From Candidatus Staskawiczbacteria bacterium (lineage in GTDB: Bacteria; Patescibacteriota; Minisyncoccia; Minisyncoccales; Staskawiczbacteraceae): a stretch of DNA of 53,052 nucleotides. Numbering within the stretch: the first letter of the stretch is position 1; the number at the start of each line of letters is the position of its first letter. Where the stretch lies: contig CAVZWH010000007.1 of NCBI GenBank assembly GCA_963778905.1, positions 1-53,052 of the forward strand. The letters run 5' to 3'. The notes under the pieces were generated by a model, which worked only from the letters and a program-made list of their open reading frames with translations, was not told the origin of the DNA and did no database searches. Shown piece after piece: positions 10,901 to 18,958 of this stretch. The position numbers and the translations under genes are program-made.

Positions 10901-11583
10901 ATTTCTGTGTCCATTTCGCCAATTATTCTGTCTGGAGCCAAACCCAAATAAACATTGCTGAAAGAGTGTCCATTTTCCGGATCGGGAATATTTTTGGGAA
11001 TATTTATGGTTATGTTGGCGGGCAAGGGCTTGTTGGCGTTTCCCGCAGTTGCCAATTGTCGCACAATGGAATTAATAACCTCGTCGGTGCTGGAAGTGAG
11101 ATATTTTCCATTGCCCGCAACCTTGCTGGCAGGAGTTGCAACATTATAAACAGCAATAGAATTTTTATCTACTCCGTGGTTGGTCAAATAGTCATAAGCT
11201 ATGTTTGTATAAAAAGTTCCCTGCGAATGGCCCACCAGCAAAATTTTCTGCGTTTTCAAATCTATATGCGCCTGCAACAAAATATTTGTCAAATCATAAT
11301 CCACTCCATTAACCCCATACGCCTGCATAATTGAACTGACAAGATCATCAAGCCCAAAAACATGTATTGGATTATAACCATTGATAAAATTTACGTCTTT
11401 GCTCTCTCCTTTAATTTTATATTGATATTCTAAATATTGTTTATCTGATCTTGCTTGAGCTTCATTTTCCCAAATACCATTAATAAAAATAACCGTTGTT
11501 CCTGTTTTACTGCAATCAGCAAAAACAAAAATCGGTGCTATAAATAGTGAAAAAATAAATAATATGATAATAAAAAATTTCAT
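7906..11583 (-). CDS. Secreted multidomain protein: alpha/beta-hydrolase-like domain, lamin-tail-like domain, FlgD-Ig-like domain, three bacterial Ig-like repeats
   Basis: Signal peptide; nucleophile elbow VGHSQG; ILISEVQI...FVEFYNP (LTD-like); ISPDGDGVNDT...WDGKDNFG (FlgD-Ig-like); three repeats of IAITTPATKLYYxxGDxLDLTGLVVTxTYSDG. Confidence 0.75.
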   Translation of the reverse strand: MKFFIIILFIFSLFIAPIFVFADCSKTGTTVIFINGIWENEAQARSDKQYLEYQYKIKGESKDVNFINGYNPIHVFGLDDLVSSIMQAYGVNGVDYDLTNILLQAHIDLKTQKILLVGHSQGTFYTNIAYDYLTNHGVDKNSIAVYNVATPASKVAGNGKYLTSSTDEVINSIVRQLATAGNANKPLPANITINIPKNIPDPENGHSFSNVYLGLAPDRIIGEMDTEINNLTANSDKSECFTAPKTDIIYNIQAGGYYLTDNVGKYGKYAATSPETPSQMASIANFLFQGIYNFGQQIASGVSQVLAQNKFWGGSLSSSLPQNTENNPQVVSNISAIPPAVNIPAESPVVIATETISPQDQLDDIQEKLDIISAQVQALVAQQNSNIQLAVADKNQATDDKNDQDQNNNQNTNNTTNKSSSGSGSATIYPKILISEVQIDPIGQRFVEFYNPNSTPVDLTDWYLQRKDSNDISWGTFVSSTNFAGKIISANGYFLISRQLANSDILSDITLSDDNSLALKNPNGEISDKLGFGNAIDPELLAIGNPASGQSIGRKVLSDGTEQDTDNNSFDFEIQTPTPKAQNKTYVQQSGGGGDGSDNTTISITTYTISNPTISPDGDGVNDTTSIDLAFSEEVKADVNIINSDGVKVRDLYSSSAVKNPDAKIWDGKDNFGAVVPNGVYTISVAIADSAGNSITDTSKTITVDDATPPPATPTLLNIAITTPATKLYYNIGDTLDLTGLVVTETYSDGSHKVVSISASDVTGFDSSISSANQPLTITFGGQTATYAVNIVSSNFSITPDGMFLSHDNIFPVDWLNANYAGCNTLPTAYSLTTSGFDLAATCLPGPSPSYLTVLVHQTTTSFVYGPIYYASGVWSTMPPAPASLVALNITTPATKLYYNVNDPLDLTGLVVTGTYSDGTKQIEPITSDDVTGFNSAASAADQVLTITFDGQSANYKIDIVSKNFTITSAGVIISHDDFGFGFDLITTYSNCTTVPTINLFTSVGLDLGASCAPASLPSYLTARYTENGVQKGFVYGPLYYSAGVWSAVPPPPAPTLLSIAITNPANKFSYTVGDTLDLTGLIVTGTYSDLSTHTETVNASNITGFDNTTPSLTEVLTITINGVSTNYNISMAAAPATQLKIISLPQTITAGNSSDVFTVESQNASGELMDVSTKTPVNLSSNSPTGLFSLASASSGLCDSDWTKKSITISTGKAHESFCYKDSI

Positions 11584-11584
11584 A

Positions 11585-12397
11585 TTAATTAGGTAAAGAT
11601 GAAAGCTCTATGTCACATTCTTTGCCTGGCAACGATGCGTAGCCTATCATATATTTTTTAAAGTTATTTAATTGGCTTTGTATGCGTAAATTTGTATTTA
11701 AAACGACGTCTTCAACTTCTTTTTGTTTTTTCTTTGCAACAGCAAGACTTGTATCTGGTCCAGAAAAACCAAGACAATCAAATGCCAAATCTTCTTTTTG
11801 AATTGTTGCCACTAATGTGGCGGAGTTGAAAACTTGAGTTAATTCTAATTGCAATGCCTGGGCGTATTGGAGTTCGGCTGCGCGGATTTTGGCTGAATTT
11901 GGATATTCTTTGAAAATTGCCAGCTCCACGTCGTCACGAATTCCATTTTTGTTTGCGTCGATTCCTGCAATTGTTGAATCATTTAATTTTTGGTCAGGCG
12001 CTGGCGGCAAATTTTTGCCCATAACATCGTCTAAGGTAATTTTTTCAGAATTGATAAAATCTATTGCTTTTTGGGTTTTTGCTTCCTGGTCAAGGTGCCA
12101 AATTCCAAAAATCCAGGCCGCCACATACAAAATAATAAAAATTACATAAAAAATGCGGTAAATTTTCCATAAAATAGTAAATTTTGGATGTTTTGCCAAA
12201 AACTTTTTCTTGAAAAAAAATAAAAAAATTGTCGGCAAGGTTATAAAAATTAAAATAAAAAAACCAATTGCTAATTGGGTATTATTTTTTGCGAAAAAAA
12301 GTCCGACAAAAAGGTATGCGAGAACAGCAAGCGCTGCAATTTTCCCCACCGAAACCGCTGACTTTGTAAAAATATTCATATAAATATAAAAACGCAA
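11585..12397 (-). CDS. Membrane protein with Ca-binding-like GIDANKNGIRDD motif
   Basis: Three N-terminal hydrophobic helices; DxNxNGxxDD motif; stop lies 1 nt from the start of the hydrolase/adhesin gene. Confidence 0.65.
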   Translation of the reverse strand: MRFYIYMNIFTKSAVSVGKIAALAVLAYLFVGLFFAKNNTQLAIGFFILIFITLPTIFLFFFKKKFLAKHPKFTILWKIYRIFYVIFIILYVAAWIFGIWHLDQEAKTQKAIDFINSEKITLDDVMGKNLPPAPDQKLNDSTIAGIDANKNGIRDDVELAIFKEYPNSAKIRAAELQYAQALQLELTQVFNSATLVATIQKEDLAFDCLGFSGPDTSLAVAKKKQKEVEDVVLNTNLRIQSQLNNFKKYMIGYASLPGKECDIELSSLPN

Positions 12398-12498
12398 CTT
12401 TTTTTAAGAGTATTTATGGTTGCAGTAATTCTTTTAATTTTATAATTTATAAAAACAAAAATCCACAGCGCCACCTGTGAATAACTTTTTATGATTAA

Positions 12499-13083
12499 CT
12501 ATTTAGCTGTTTGGGGATTTCCTGACCATTTGCAGCCGAGGTGATTTTGCTGGGCGTAGGTTTCTGCGGCGGTAATTTCTGCTCTATATTTTACGTCTGG
12601 TTCGTAAAAACGGGCAACTGCCAGACCTTCGGCAACTAATTGCGTGTCAACGTTTGTGCCGCCAACAAAAATATACCGCAAACATCTGCCATACTGGTCT
12701 AAATCTGTTTTGTCTTTTTCTAAAACAACTTGCTTTGCCAAAACCAAATCTTCCAATCTGGTTTTTGCCGGGTCATAACATGGATAACCTTTTTCGTCAG
12801 CATCCATTCCCAAGAGCCTAACATGAAAACCGCCTTCAACAACAACTGTGTCGCCGTCAATCACTTTTGTAACAATTGTGTTGTCAGACGCGCCGCACGC
12901 GGCAGTGCTTGCAACTGAATTTATTTTTGCGGTTTGTGTTGAAGACACAGACGGCGCCGAAAACGGCGGCTCCGTTTTCGGCGCAACAACAACATCTGAT
13001 TTTTTTAATCCAAGATAAATAAAACCGCCGATTATTACAGCTGAAATTATTACCGCCAAAAATATTTTATTATCTTCCTGCAT
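12499..13083 (-). CDS. Membrane-anchored thermonuclease (SNase family)
   Basis: VTKVIDGDTV, VRLLGMDADE, DQYGRCLRYI, LVAEGLA motifs; N-terminal TM. Confidence 0.9.
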   Translation of the reverse strand: MQEDNKIFLAVIISAVIIGGFIYLGLKKSDVVVAPKTEPPFSAPSVSSTQTAKINSVASTAACGASDNTIVTKVIDGDTVVVEGGFHVRLLGMDADEKGYPCYDPAKTRLEDLVLAKQVVLEKDKTDLDQYGRCLRYIFVGGTNVDTQLVAEGLAVARFYEPDVKYRAEITAAETYAQQNHLGCKWSGNPQTAK

Positions 13084-13097
13084 TATTTTATTGTATC

Positions 13098-13125
13098 AAA
13101 AAATCGCCATCAAGGCGATTTTTTT
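13098..13125 (-). terminator. Terminator after clpB
   Basis: AAAAAATCGCC-ATCAA-GGCGATTTTTT. Confidence 0.7.
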
Positions 13126-15838
13126 ATTTTTTAGCTTTTGCTAATTTTGGCCTTTCCTGAATTCTTGGCAAAATTTTTGGCGTTTCAAAAATAATTTTTC
13201 CGTCATCTGCATCAATTAAAATTCTGCTGCCTTCTGCAATTTCATTGGTGACTATTTTAATTGACAAAGGATCCAAAATTAATCTTTGAATCACTCTTTT
13301 TAGCGGACGCGCTCCCAAATTTGGATCAAATCCTTCTTTCACCAAAAGCTCCTTTGCGCTTTGTGAAATTTCAATTTTTATTTCTTTGGCTGCCAAGCGC
13401 TTTTCAACTTTTGACAATTCCAAATCAACAATTTTTTTAATCTGTTCTTTTTGCAAATAATTAAATATCACAATTTCATCAATTCTGTTCAAAAATTCCG
13501 GGCGAAATGCGTCTCTCAACGAATCAAATATTTTTTCTCTCATTGATTCCCTTTCTGCCAATTCTTCTGTGGTGCTAAATCCAAGCGAAGACATTTTGTT
13601 AATAAAATCCGAGCCCAAATTAGAAGTCATTATAATAATTGTGTTTTTGAATGAAACTGCTCTGCCTTTTGAGTCTGTTAATCTGCCGTCTTCAAAAATT
13701 TGCAGTAAAATATTAAAAACATCCGGATGAGCTTTTTCAATTTCATCTAACAACAAAACAGAATACGGCCTGCGTCTTACTTTTTCTGTTAATTGACCGG
13801 CTTCCTCATATCCAACGTATCCTGGCGGAGAACCGATTATTTTTGAAACAGTGTGGCGCTCCATATATTCAGACATGTCCAATCTTATCATTGCTTTTTC
13901 GTCATCAAACAAAAATTCTGCCAAAGCCCTGGCTGTTTCGGTTTTTCCAACTCCTGTAGGTCCCAAAAATAGAAAAGATCCCAATGGTTTATCTTCTTCT
14001 GAAATTCCGGCTCTTGCCCTTCTTATTGCTCTTGAAATTGCTGAAATTGCTTCCTCTTGACCAACCACTCGCCTGTTCAGCGTGCCCTCCATTGTTTCTA
14101 ACTTTTTTGCTTCTTCTGTAATCAAGCGCATAACCGGAATTCCGGTCCAACGCGAAACAACTTTGGCAACTTCTTCCTCGGTCACTTCTTCTTTCATTAA
14201 TCTGTGCTCTTTTTGTATTTTTATTAATTTTTGTTCTATGGCAGCCAATTCTTTTAACAATTCCGGAATTTTTCCATATTTTATTTCAGCAACTTTTTCC
14301 AAATCAGCTTCTCTTTGGGCAATTTCTGTCTGATAAGAAAGATTATCAATTTTTTCTCTGATATCTTTTATTTTATTAATCAATTCTTTTTCAGCTCCCC
14401 ATCTTAATCTCAATGCTTTTGTTTTTTCATTCAAATCAGCCAATTCCCTGGAAATTACTTTGAGCCGTCTTTCAGATCCTTTTTCTTTTTTTAACGCCTG
14501 CTTTTCAATTTCTAATTTTGTAATTTCCTCGTTAAATTTTTCCAACTCCTGCGGGTCGGATTCGTTTTCTAATCTCAAAGCCGATGCCGCTTCGTCCATC
14601 AAGTCAACTGCTTTGTCCGGCAAAAATCGGTCAGCAATATATCTTGAAGCCAAATCAACCGCGGCCTTGATCGCCGAGTCCTTTATTTTTACTCCGTGGT
14701 GCAATTCATATTTTTCTTTGATTCCCCGTAAAATTGCGGTGGCGTCTTCGGCGTTCGGCTCCTGCACATAAATCGGCTGAAATCTTCTTTCCAAAGCAGG
14801 ATCTTTTTCAATATATTTTTGATATTCTTTCAAGGTTGTAGCTCCAATTGCCCTTAATTCTCCGCGAGACAAAGCCGGCTTTAACAAATTTGAAGCATCA
14901 ATTGCTCCCTCGGCGGCTCCCGCTCCAACCAACGTATGCAGCTCGTCAATAAACAAAATATATTTTCCAGCAGCTCTGTTCACTTCTTTTAGCAAGGCCT
15001 TAATTCTTGTTTCAAATTCTCCTCTGTATTTTGTTCCGGCAATTATGGCCCCCAAATCCAAAGAAATTATTTCTTTATCTTTCAAAAATTCCGGCACATT
15101 TCCGCGCGCAATTCTTTGCGCAAACCCTTCCACAATTGCTGTTTTTCCAACTCCGGCTTCTCCAATTAAAACCGGATTATTTTTTGTTCTGCGCGAAATT
15201 ATCTGCATTAATCTGCGTATTTCATTATCTCTGCCAATTATCGGATCAATTTTTCCTGCAGCTGCCAAGTTAGTTAAATTTCTTGTATATTTTTCTATTA
15301 CCTGATATTTTGCTTCAGGTTCTGCGTCTGTAATTCTTTGACCGCCTCTTATCTGCGACAAAATTTTCATAACTGCCTCGTAATCAAGTTTTGAATTTTT
15401 GAAACTATTTGCCTCGGACCCAAAGGGTACCCCCGCCAAAAAATTAATTTTTTCCAAAATATCTTTTGCCGTAGATTTTGTGTCCACTAAAGCCAAAAAT
15501 AAATGCTCAACTGAAATAAATTCGTCGTTCATTTTTATTGCTTCCTGCCTGGCTCTGTCTAAAACTTTTGCCATATCCTGCGTTAAATAAAACTGACCGA
15601 AAGCCTGTTGAGCAGCAATTGTCGGAATTTTCGCAATTTGCGTATCAATTTTTTTGGCTAAGGCATCTGCATCAATTCCAAGTTTTTGCAAAATTGTAAT
15701 TACAATTGAGCCTTCCTGCAAAAGCAAAGCAGACAACAAATGCAAGGCATCAATTTGCGCCTGCCCTTTTTCCTGAGCCAATTGCTGAGCCTGCATTAGC
15801 GCATCCTGAGCTTTATTTGTAAAATTATTTCCATTCAC
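13124..15838 (-). CDS. clpB: ATP-dependent chaperone ClpB
   Basis: Two AAA+ domains (GEAGVGKT/FIDELH; GPTGVGKT/LLDEIEKAH), coiled-coil M domain, Clp-N domain. The GTG start is supplied by the MITE end. Confidence 0.96.
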   Translation of the reverse strand: MNGNNFTNKAQDALMQAQQLAQEKGQAQIDALHLLSALLLQEGSIVITILQKLGIDADALAKKIDTQIAKIPTIAAQQAFGQFYLTQDMAKVLDRARQEAIKMNDEFISVEHLFLALVDTKSTAKDILEKINFLAGVPFGSEANSFKNSKLDYEAVMKILSQIRGGQRITDAEPEAKYQVIEKYTRNLTNLAAAGKIDPIIGRDNEIRRLMQIISRRTKNNPVLIGEAGVGKTAIVEGFAQRIARGNVPEFLKDKEIISLDLGAIIAGTKYRGEFETRIKALLKEVNRAAGKYILFIDELHTLVGAGAAEGAIDASNLLKPALSRGELRAIGATTLKEYQKYIEKDPALERRFQPIYVQEPNAEDATAILRGIKEKYELHHGVKIKDSAIKAAVDLASRYIADRFLPDKAVDLMDEAASALRLENESDPQELEKFNEEITKLEIEKQALKKEKGSERRLKVISRELADLNEKTKALRLRWGAEKELINKIKDIREKIDNLSYQTEIAQREADLEKVAEIKYGKIPELLKELAAIEQKLIKIQKEHRLMKEEVTEEEVAKVVSRWTGIPVMRLITEEAKKLETMEGTLNRRVVGQEEAISAISRAIRRARAGISEEDKPLGSFLFLGPTGVGKTETARALAEFLFDDEKAMIRLDMSEYMERHTVSKIIGSPPGYVGYEEAGQLTEKVRRRPYSVLLLDEIEKAHPDVFNILLQIFEDGRLTDSKGRAVSFKNTIIIMTSNLGSDFINKMSSLGFSTTEELAERESMREKIFDSLRDAFRPEFLNRIDEIVIFNYLQKEQIKKIVDLELSKVEKRLAAKEIKIEISQSAKELLVKEGFDPNLGARPLKRVIQRLILDPLSIKIVTNEIAEGSRILIDADDGKIIFETPKILPRIQERPKLAKAKK
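15416..15433 (+). repeat. 18-nt micro-hairpin repeat, in frame in clpB (GVPFGS)
   Basis: GGACCCAAAGGGTACCCC. Confidence 0.75.
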
Positions 15839-15969
15839 CCCGTTAGAAGTCTATCTTAATATAACAAAAAGTTAACTTTAGATAGACCTTGTTTACTTTA
15901 CTATTCCCCGTTATTACCGAGCAGAAAAAATTTAAATAAAATTTTTTCTGCCCAAGACTTCTAACGGGG
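15838..15969. mobile_element. MITE-like element, 132 bp, 15-bp TIR, 4-bp TSD
   Basis: CCCCGTTAGAAGTCT...AGACTTCTAACGGGG flanked by TTCA (15834-15837) and TTCA (15970-15973). Confidence 0.85.
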
Positions 15970-16013
15970 TTCATACTTTATTTATTACCATATTTATAAT
16001 ACGTTTTCAAGGC

Positions 16014-16050
16014 AAAAAAAGAGGCATCCGCGGAAAAATCCGGGACGCCT
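16014..16050 (-). terminator. Terminator of the HTH gene
   Basis: AGGCATCC-G-CGGA-AAAA-TCCG-GGACGCCT with an A tract at 16014-16020. Confidence 0.65.
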
Positions 16051-16064
16051 GTGTTAAATATTGC

Positions 16065-16539
16065 CTACTTTTTCTTGGAGGTGGCTATTAAGCCCCTTAA
16101 CCTTATGTGGCACTTCATCGCTTCCACCAGCTTTTCAAAAATCTGGGCTCGGCGCCTGTCCTCGCTGACTCCGCTTAAGTTGTCCAAAGGATCCAAATTT
16201 TTCATGACGTCCAATAAGGCGTCTGACAAACCTTTGAATCCCGACAAAACTCCGCTTCGCTTGCGCGCCTTTTCAATCATCTTTTTGAATTCTGCAGTCT
16301 TGTGGCAAAGAATCCATTTTTGGGCAGCGATGTCTCCATCAAGCCTGTCAAATGGAATTCCGCTCCTCTGCATAAATTCAATCAACGATTTTAAGGGAAC
16401 AATTCTGTAAGTGCAGCGCTGCCATGTGATGGGTTTTGAGTGCCCGTCAATTTTGCCAGAGTCTAATCAGCTTAGCGACGACCCGAGCGTTTTTGAGTCC
16501 GCAAATCTTGGCCACCTGGCCGGTTGTGTAAACCTTCAT
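16065..16539 (-). pseudogene. Excisionase/MerR-like HTH regulator with a single +1 frameshift near 16463-16466
   Basis: GGAGG SD then ATG at 16539: MKVYTTGQVAKICGLKNARVVAKLI. Removing one base from ATT-A-GAC joins DSGKIDGHSKPITWQRCTYRIVPLKSLIEFMQRSGIP..., the frame of the 106-aa track ORF. Confidence 0.75.
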
Positions 16540-16586
16540 AAACTTCCTCCGTAAAAAACAGACCTGACTTGGAAATAACCATATGC

Positions 16587-16615
16587 AGTATATCATAAAT
16601 GTTTTTAGATGTCAA
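16587..16615 (-). promoter_or_regulatory. Sigma70 promoter for the HTH gene
   Basis: TTGACA-N17-TATACT with TG extension. Confidence 0.75.
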
Positions 16616-16633
16616 CAATTTTATCCCAAACTA

Positions 16634-16662
16634 TTGACAATATAACTATAAAATGATACAAT
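16634..16662 (+). promoter_or_regulatory. Divergent sigma70 promoter
   Basis: TTGACA-N17-TACAAT with TG extension. Confidence 0.75.
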
Positions 16663-16676
16663 AAAAATATGAAACC

Positions 16677-16771
16677 AGCCCTTCTTTCAAATCATTAGTC
16701 GAATACCGAAAACTATCCTGGAAGATTTCAAGATAATAAACAAATTTCTTTAATGGTTTGAAAGAAGGGCT
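16677..16771 (+). other. Leader stem-loop: 21-bp stem (one G.U), 53-nt loop
   Basis: AGCCCTTCTTTCAAATCATTA (16677-16697) pairs with TAATGGTTTGAAAGAAGGGCT (16751-16771). Confidence 0.6.
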
Positions 16772-16819
16772 CTATTTTCTAGTTCTGAAACAGTGGAACC
16801 TTTTGAAAGGATTTGCGAA

Positions 16820-17227
16820 ATGAGTTATCTGTTTGTTTCTTGCTTATCATTGTGTGCTGTTTCCATTTACGCCATTCTTCTTTGCTCTATCACAACCGAG
16901 CATCGAGTAAAGAAAATGAACATGTGGGGATGGCCTGGCATCGTGGCTTTCTTTTTGTTGAAGAAATGCCACCGGCTCGGCATCTGGATTCGCCAGAAGG
17001 CCGGTAAAGAAATAGATGCAGAGGATTTGCCCATTGGCGAATACACTCTTATCTGCTCTTCTGAGGTGCAAACGCTAAAAGGGTGGCTGGTATACGATTA
17101 CAAATCAAGGGTAAAGGGGAAAAACAAAACCTGGACAGTGTTGTCCAGGCGGCCATTGCCCAATGATTTTGAAATCGTGACCGATGGTCGCCGCAACGCG
17201 TTGCGCAAAACAAAAAAGGCGGCTTAA
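16820..17227 (+). CDS. Hypothetical membrane protein
   Basis: Two hydrophobic segments. Start chosen at ATG 16820 with AAAGGA 8 nt upstream. GC-richer codon usage. Confidence 0.65.
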   Translation: MSYLFVSCLSLCAVSIYAILLCSITTEHRVKKMNMWGWPGIVAFFLLKKCHRLGIWIRQKAGKEIDAEDLPIGEYTLICSSEVQTLKGWLVYDYKSRVKGKNKTWTVLSRRPLPNDFEIVTDGRRNALRKTKKAA

Positions 17228-17237
17228 GCCGCATCAA

Positions 17238-17353
17238 TGGCCTAATTTGGGGAAGGCCAAATAATATTCCCCTCTTTTTTTCAGGTCATCTTGGAGGTGA
17301 TCTGAAAGAAGGAGTCCGATTGGATTGGACAAGGATTTTTTAGGAGAGTAAAG
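17238..17353 (+). promoter_or_regulatory. GGA-hairpin leader, putative multi-site CsrA target
   Basis: Three hairpins with GGA at the 3' side of the loop (17238-17259, 17280-17306, 17314-17330), ACAAGGAT at 17329-17336, SD AGGAG at 17342-17346. Confidence 0.6.
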
Positions 17354-17569
17354 ATGAACGACAGAACAAAGAGTGTGTTGGAGCAGATGAGACAGAACAC
17401 CCAGGCCGTGGTTGATGCCGCCCGCGAGAAAATCGCAACGGCAGCGGCTAAGCCCGAAGACTGCCAACCGGCGAGCTACCAGATCATTGCGTTCCCTATA
17501 CGGGTACCAATGAATGGCGGCGTTAAACGCCATCTCGGCCAACGGCAACTCCAAGAATTGCTGACCTAA
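17354..17569 (+). CDS. Small hypothetical protein
   Basis: 71 aa, AGGAG SD, followed by a terminator. Confidence 0.65.
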   Translation: MNDRTKSVLEQMRQNTQAVVDAAREKIATAAAKPEDCQPASYQIIAFPIRVPMNGGVKRHLGQRQLQELLT

Positions 17570-17602
17570 GTCAGCAACAGGTCTGCGCTTAACGCGCGAG
17601 AC

Positions 17603-17634
17603 AAAACAGGTTTGACCAGCAAACCTGTTTTTTT
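17603..17634. terminator. Bidirectional terminator
   Basis: AAAACAGGTTTG-ACCAG-CAAACCTGTTTT between convergent genes. Confidence 0.8.
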
Positions 17635-17642
17635 AATATTAA

Positions 17643-18932
17643 TTACGAACTTCTTTGACCCAATGTTACGTCAACATCCTGCTCTTTGCCGTTTCTTAAA
17701 ATATGCAACGTTATTTTATCGCCAGCATTATATTTTTCAATTATTGTTGACATTGAGTTGCTTGTTGTAATCTTTTCTCCGTTAATTGACAGAATAACAT
17801 CATTTTCTTTAATTCCTGCTTTTTCTGCCGCAGAACCCGATGTTACAGCCGGCTCGCCATTATCTCCTTTCAAAACCAAAGCTCCGTAATCTACCGGCAA
17901 ATTATATTTTTGTTTTATTGCGTCATCAACCAAAACATATCTTACTCCCAAAAATGGATAAACAATTTTGTTTGTTTTTTCAACTTGATCAATATCTTTT
18001 TTTGCCATATTAATTGGAATTGCAAAACCAATATCCTGGGCTCCCTGCGCCATTGCTGTGTCAATTCCAATAACTTCGCCTTTCAGGTTTAGCAAAGGTC
18101 CTCCGGAATTTCCGGCATTAATTGCCGCATCTGTTTGGATAATTCCTTCCAATGTTTCTGAAACATCTCCTGTCTGATCAGAAGCCGAAATTGTTCTTTG
18201 AAGCCCGGAAACAACTCCAACAGAAACCGTGTTGTTAAATTGGCCCAAAGCATTTCCAATGGCAATTGCTGTCTGGCCAATTTGTATTCCCGAAGAATCT
18301 CCAAGCACGACAGGTTGAAATGTTTTTGAAGTACTTTGAATTTTTATTACAGCCAAATCTTGCACCGGATCCAAAGCCAAAACTTTAGCTTTATATTTTT
18401 GTCCGTCATTTGTAAAAACCGTGTAATCTGCGCTGCTGTCTGAAACAACGTGTTTGTTTGTTAAAACCAAACCGTCTGTTGAGACAATAAAACCAGAGCC
18501 AGCTCCAACTTCTTGATATTGCGTTCCGTTTTGCACCTGCTCCGGAATTGAAAAATCAAATGGACTTGAGTCGCCGAAAGGATTTATAAATTGCTGTTCG
18601 TAAACTGGAACATTTTTGGAAATGACAATGCTAACCACGGATGGAGAAACATTTTTGGCTGCATCAATTATCGCCTGCTCGTAAGAAACATTTGAAGTGT
18701 ATGCGTTTGAAGACGGCTGATTTATTTTTGGGGTTGCCTCGGGCATTTTGAAATATTGTAAAAATGCCTGGGTTTCTGAGGGAAAATAATGCAAAGCAGT
18801 CATACTCGCATAAAAACCAATAATGCATCCTGCAATAATCAAAAATACAATACCCCAAAAAGTTTTATTTTTTATGGTTTTTAATATTTTATCTTTAATT
18901 TCTGTTAAATTAGATTGCGGTAAATTATACAT
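17643..18932 (-). CDS. htrA: HtrA/DegP-family serine protease with PDZ domain
   Basis: LTNKHVV, DLAVIKI, QTDAAINAGNSGGPL; C-terminal PDZ; N-terminal TM. Confidence 0.92.
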   Translation of the reverse strand: MYNLPQSNLTEIKDKILKTIKNKTFWGIVFLIIAGCIIGFYASMTALHYFPSETQAFLQYFKMPEATPKINQPSSNAYTSNVSYEQAIIDAAKNVSPSVVSIVISKNVPVYEQQFINPFGDSSPFDFSIPEQVQNGTQYQEVGAGSGFIVSTDGLVLTNKHVVSDSSADYTVFTNDGQKYKAKVLALDPVQDLAVIKIQSTSKTFQPVVLGDSSGIQIGQTAIAIGNALGQFNNTVSVGVVSGLQRTISASDQTGDVSETLEGIIQTDAAINAGNSGGPLLNLKGEVIGIDTAMAQGAQDIGFAIPINMAKKDIDQVEKTNKIVYPFLGVRYVLVDDAIKQKYNLPVDYGALVLKGDNGEPAVTSGSAAEKAGIKENDVILSINGEKITTSNSMSTIIEKYNAGDKITLHILRNGKEQDVDVTLGQRSS

Positions 18933-18958
18933 ATTTATAAAAATTATACGTTTTGAAA

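Noticed and set aside
422-16050. Recurrent CC-G-CGG bulged terminator stems (422-450, 16014-16050)
   Set aside because: Only two clear cases with different sequences; insufficient to claim a family.
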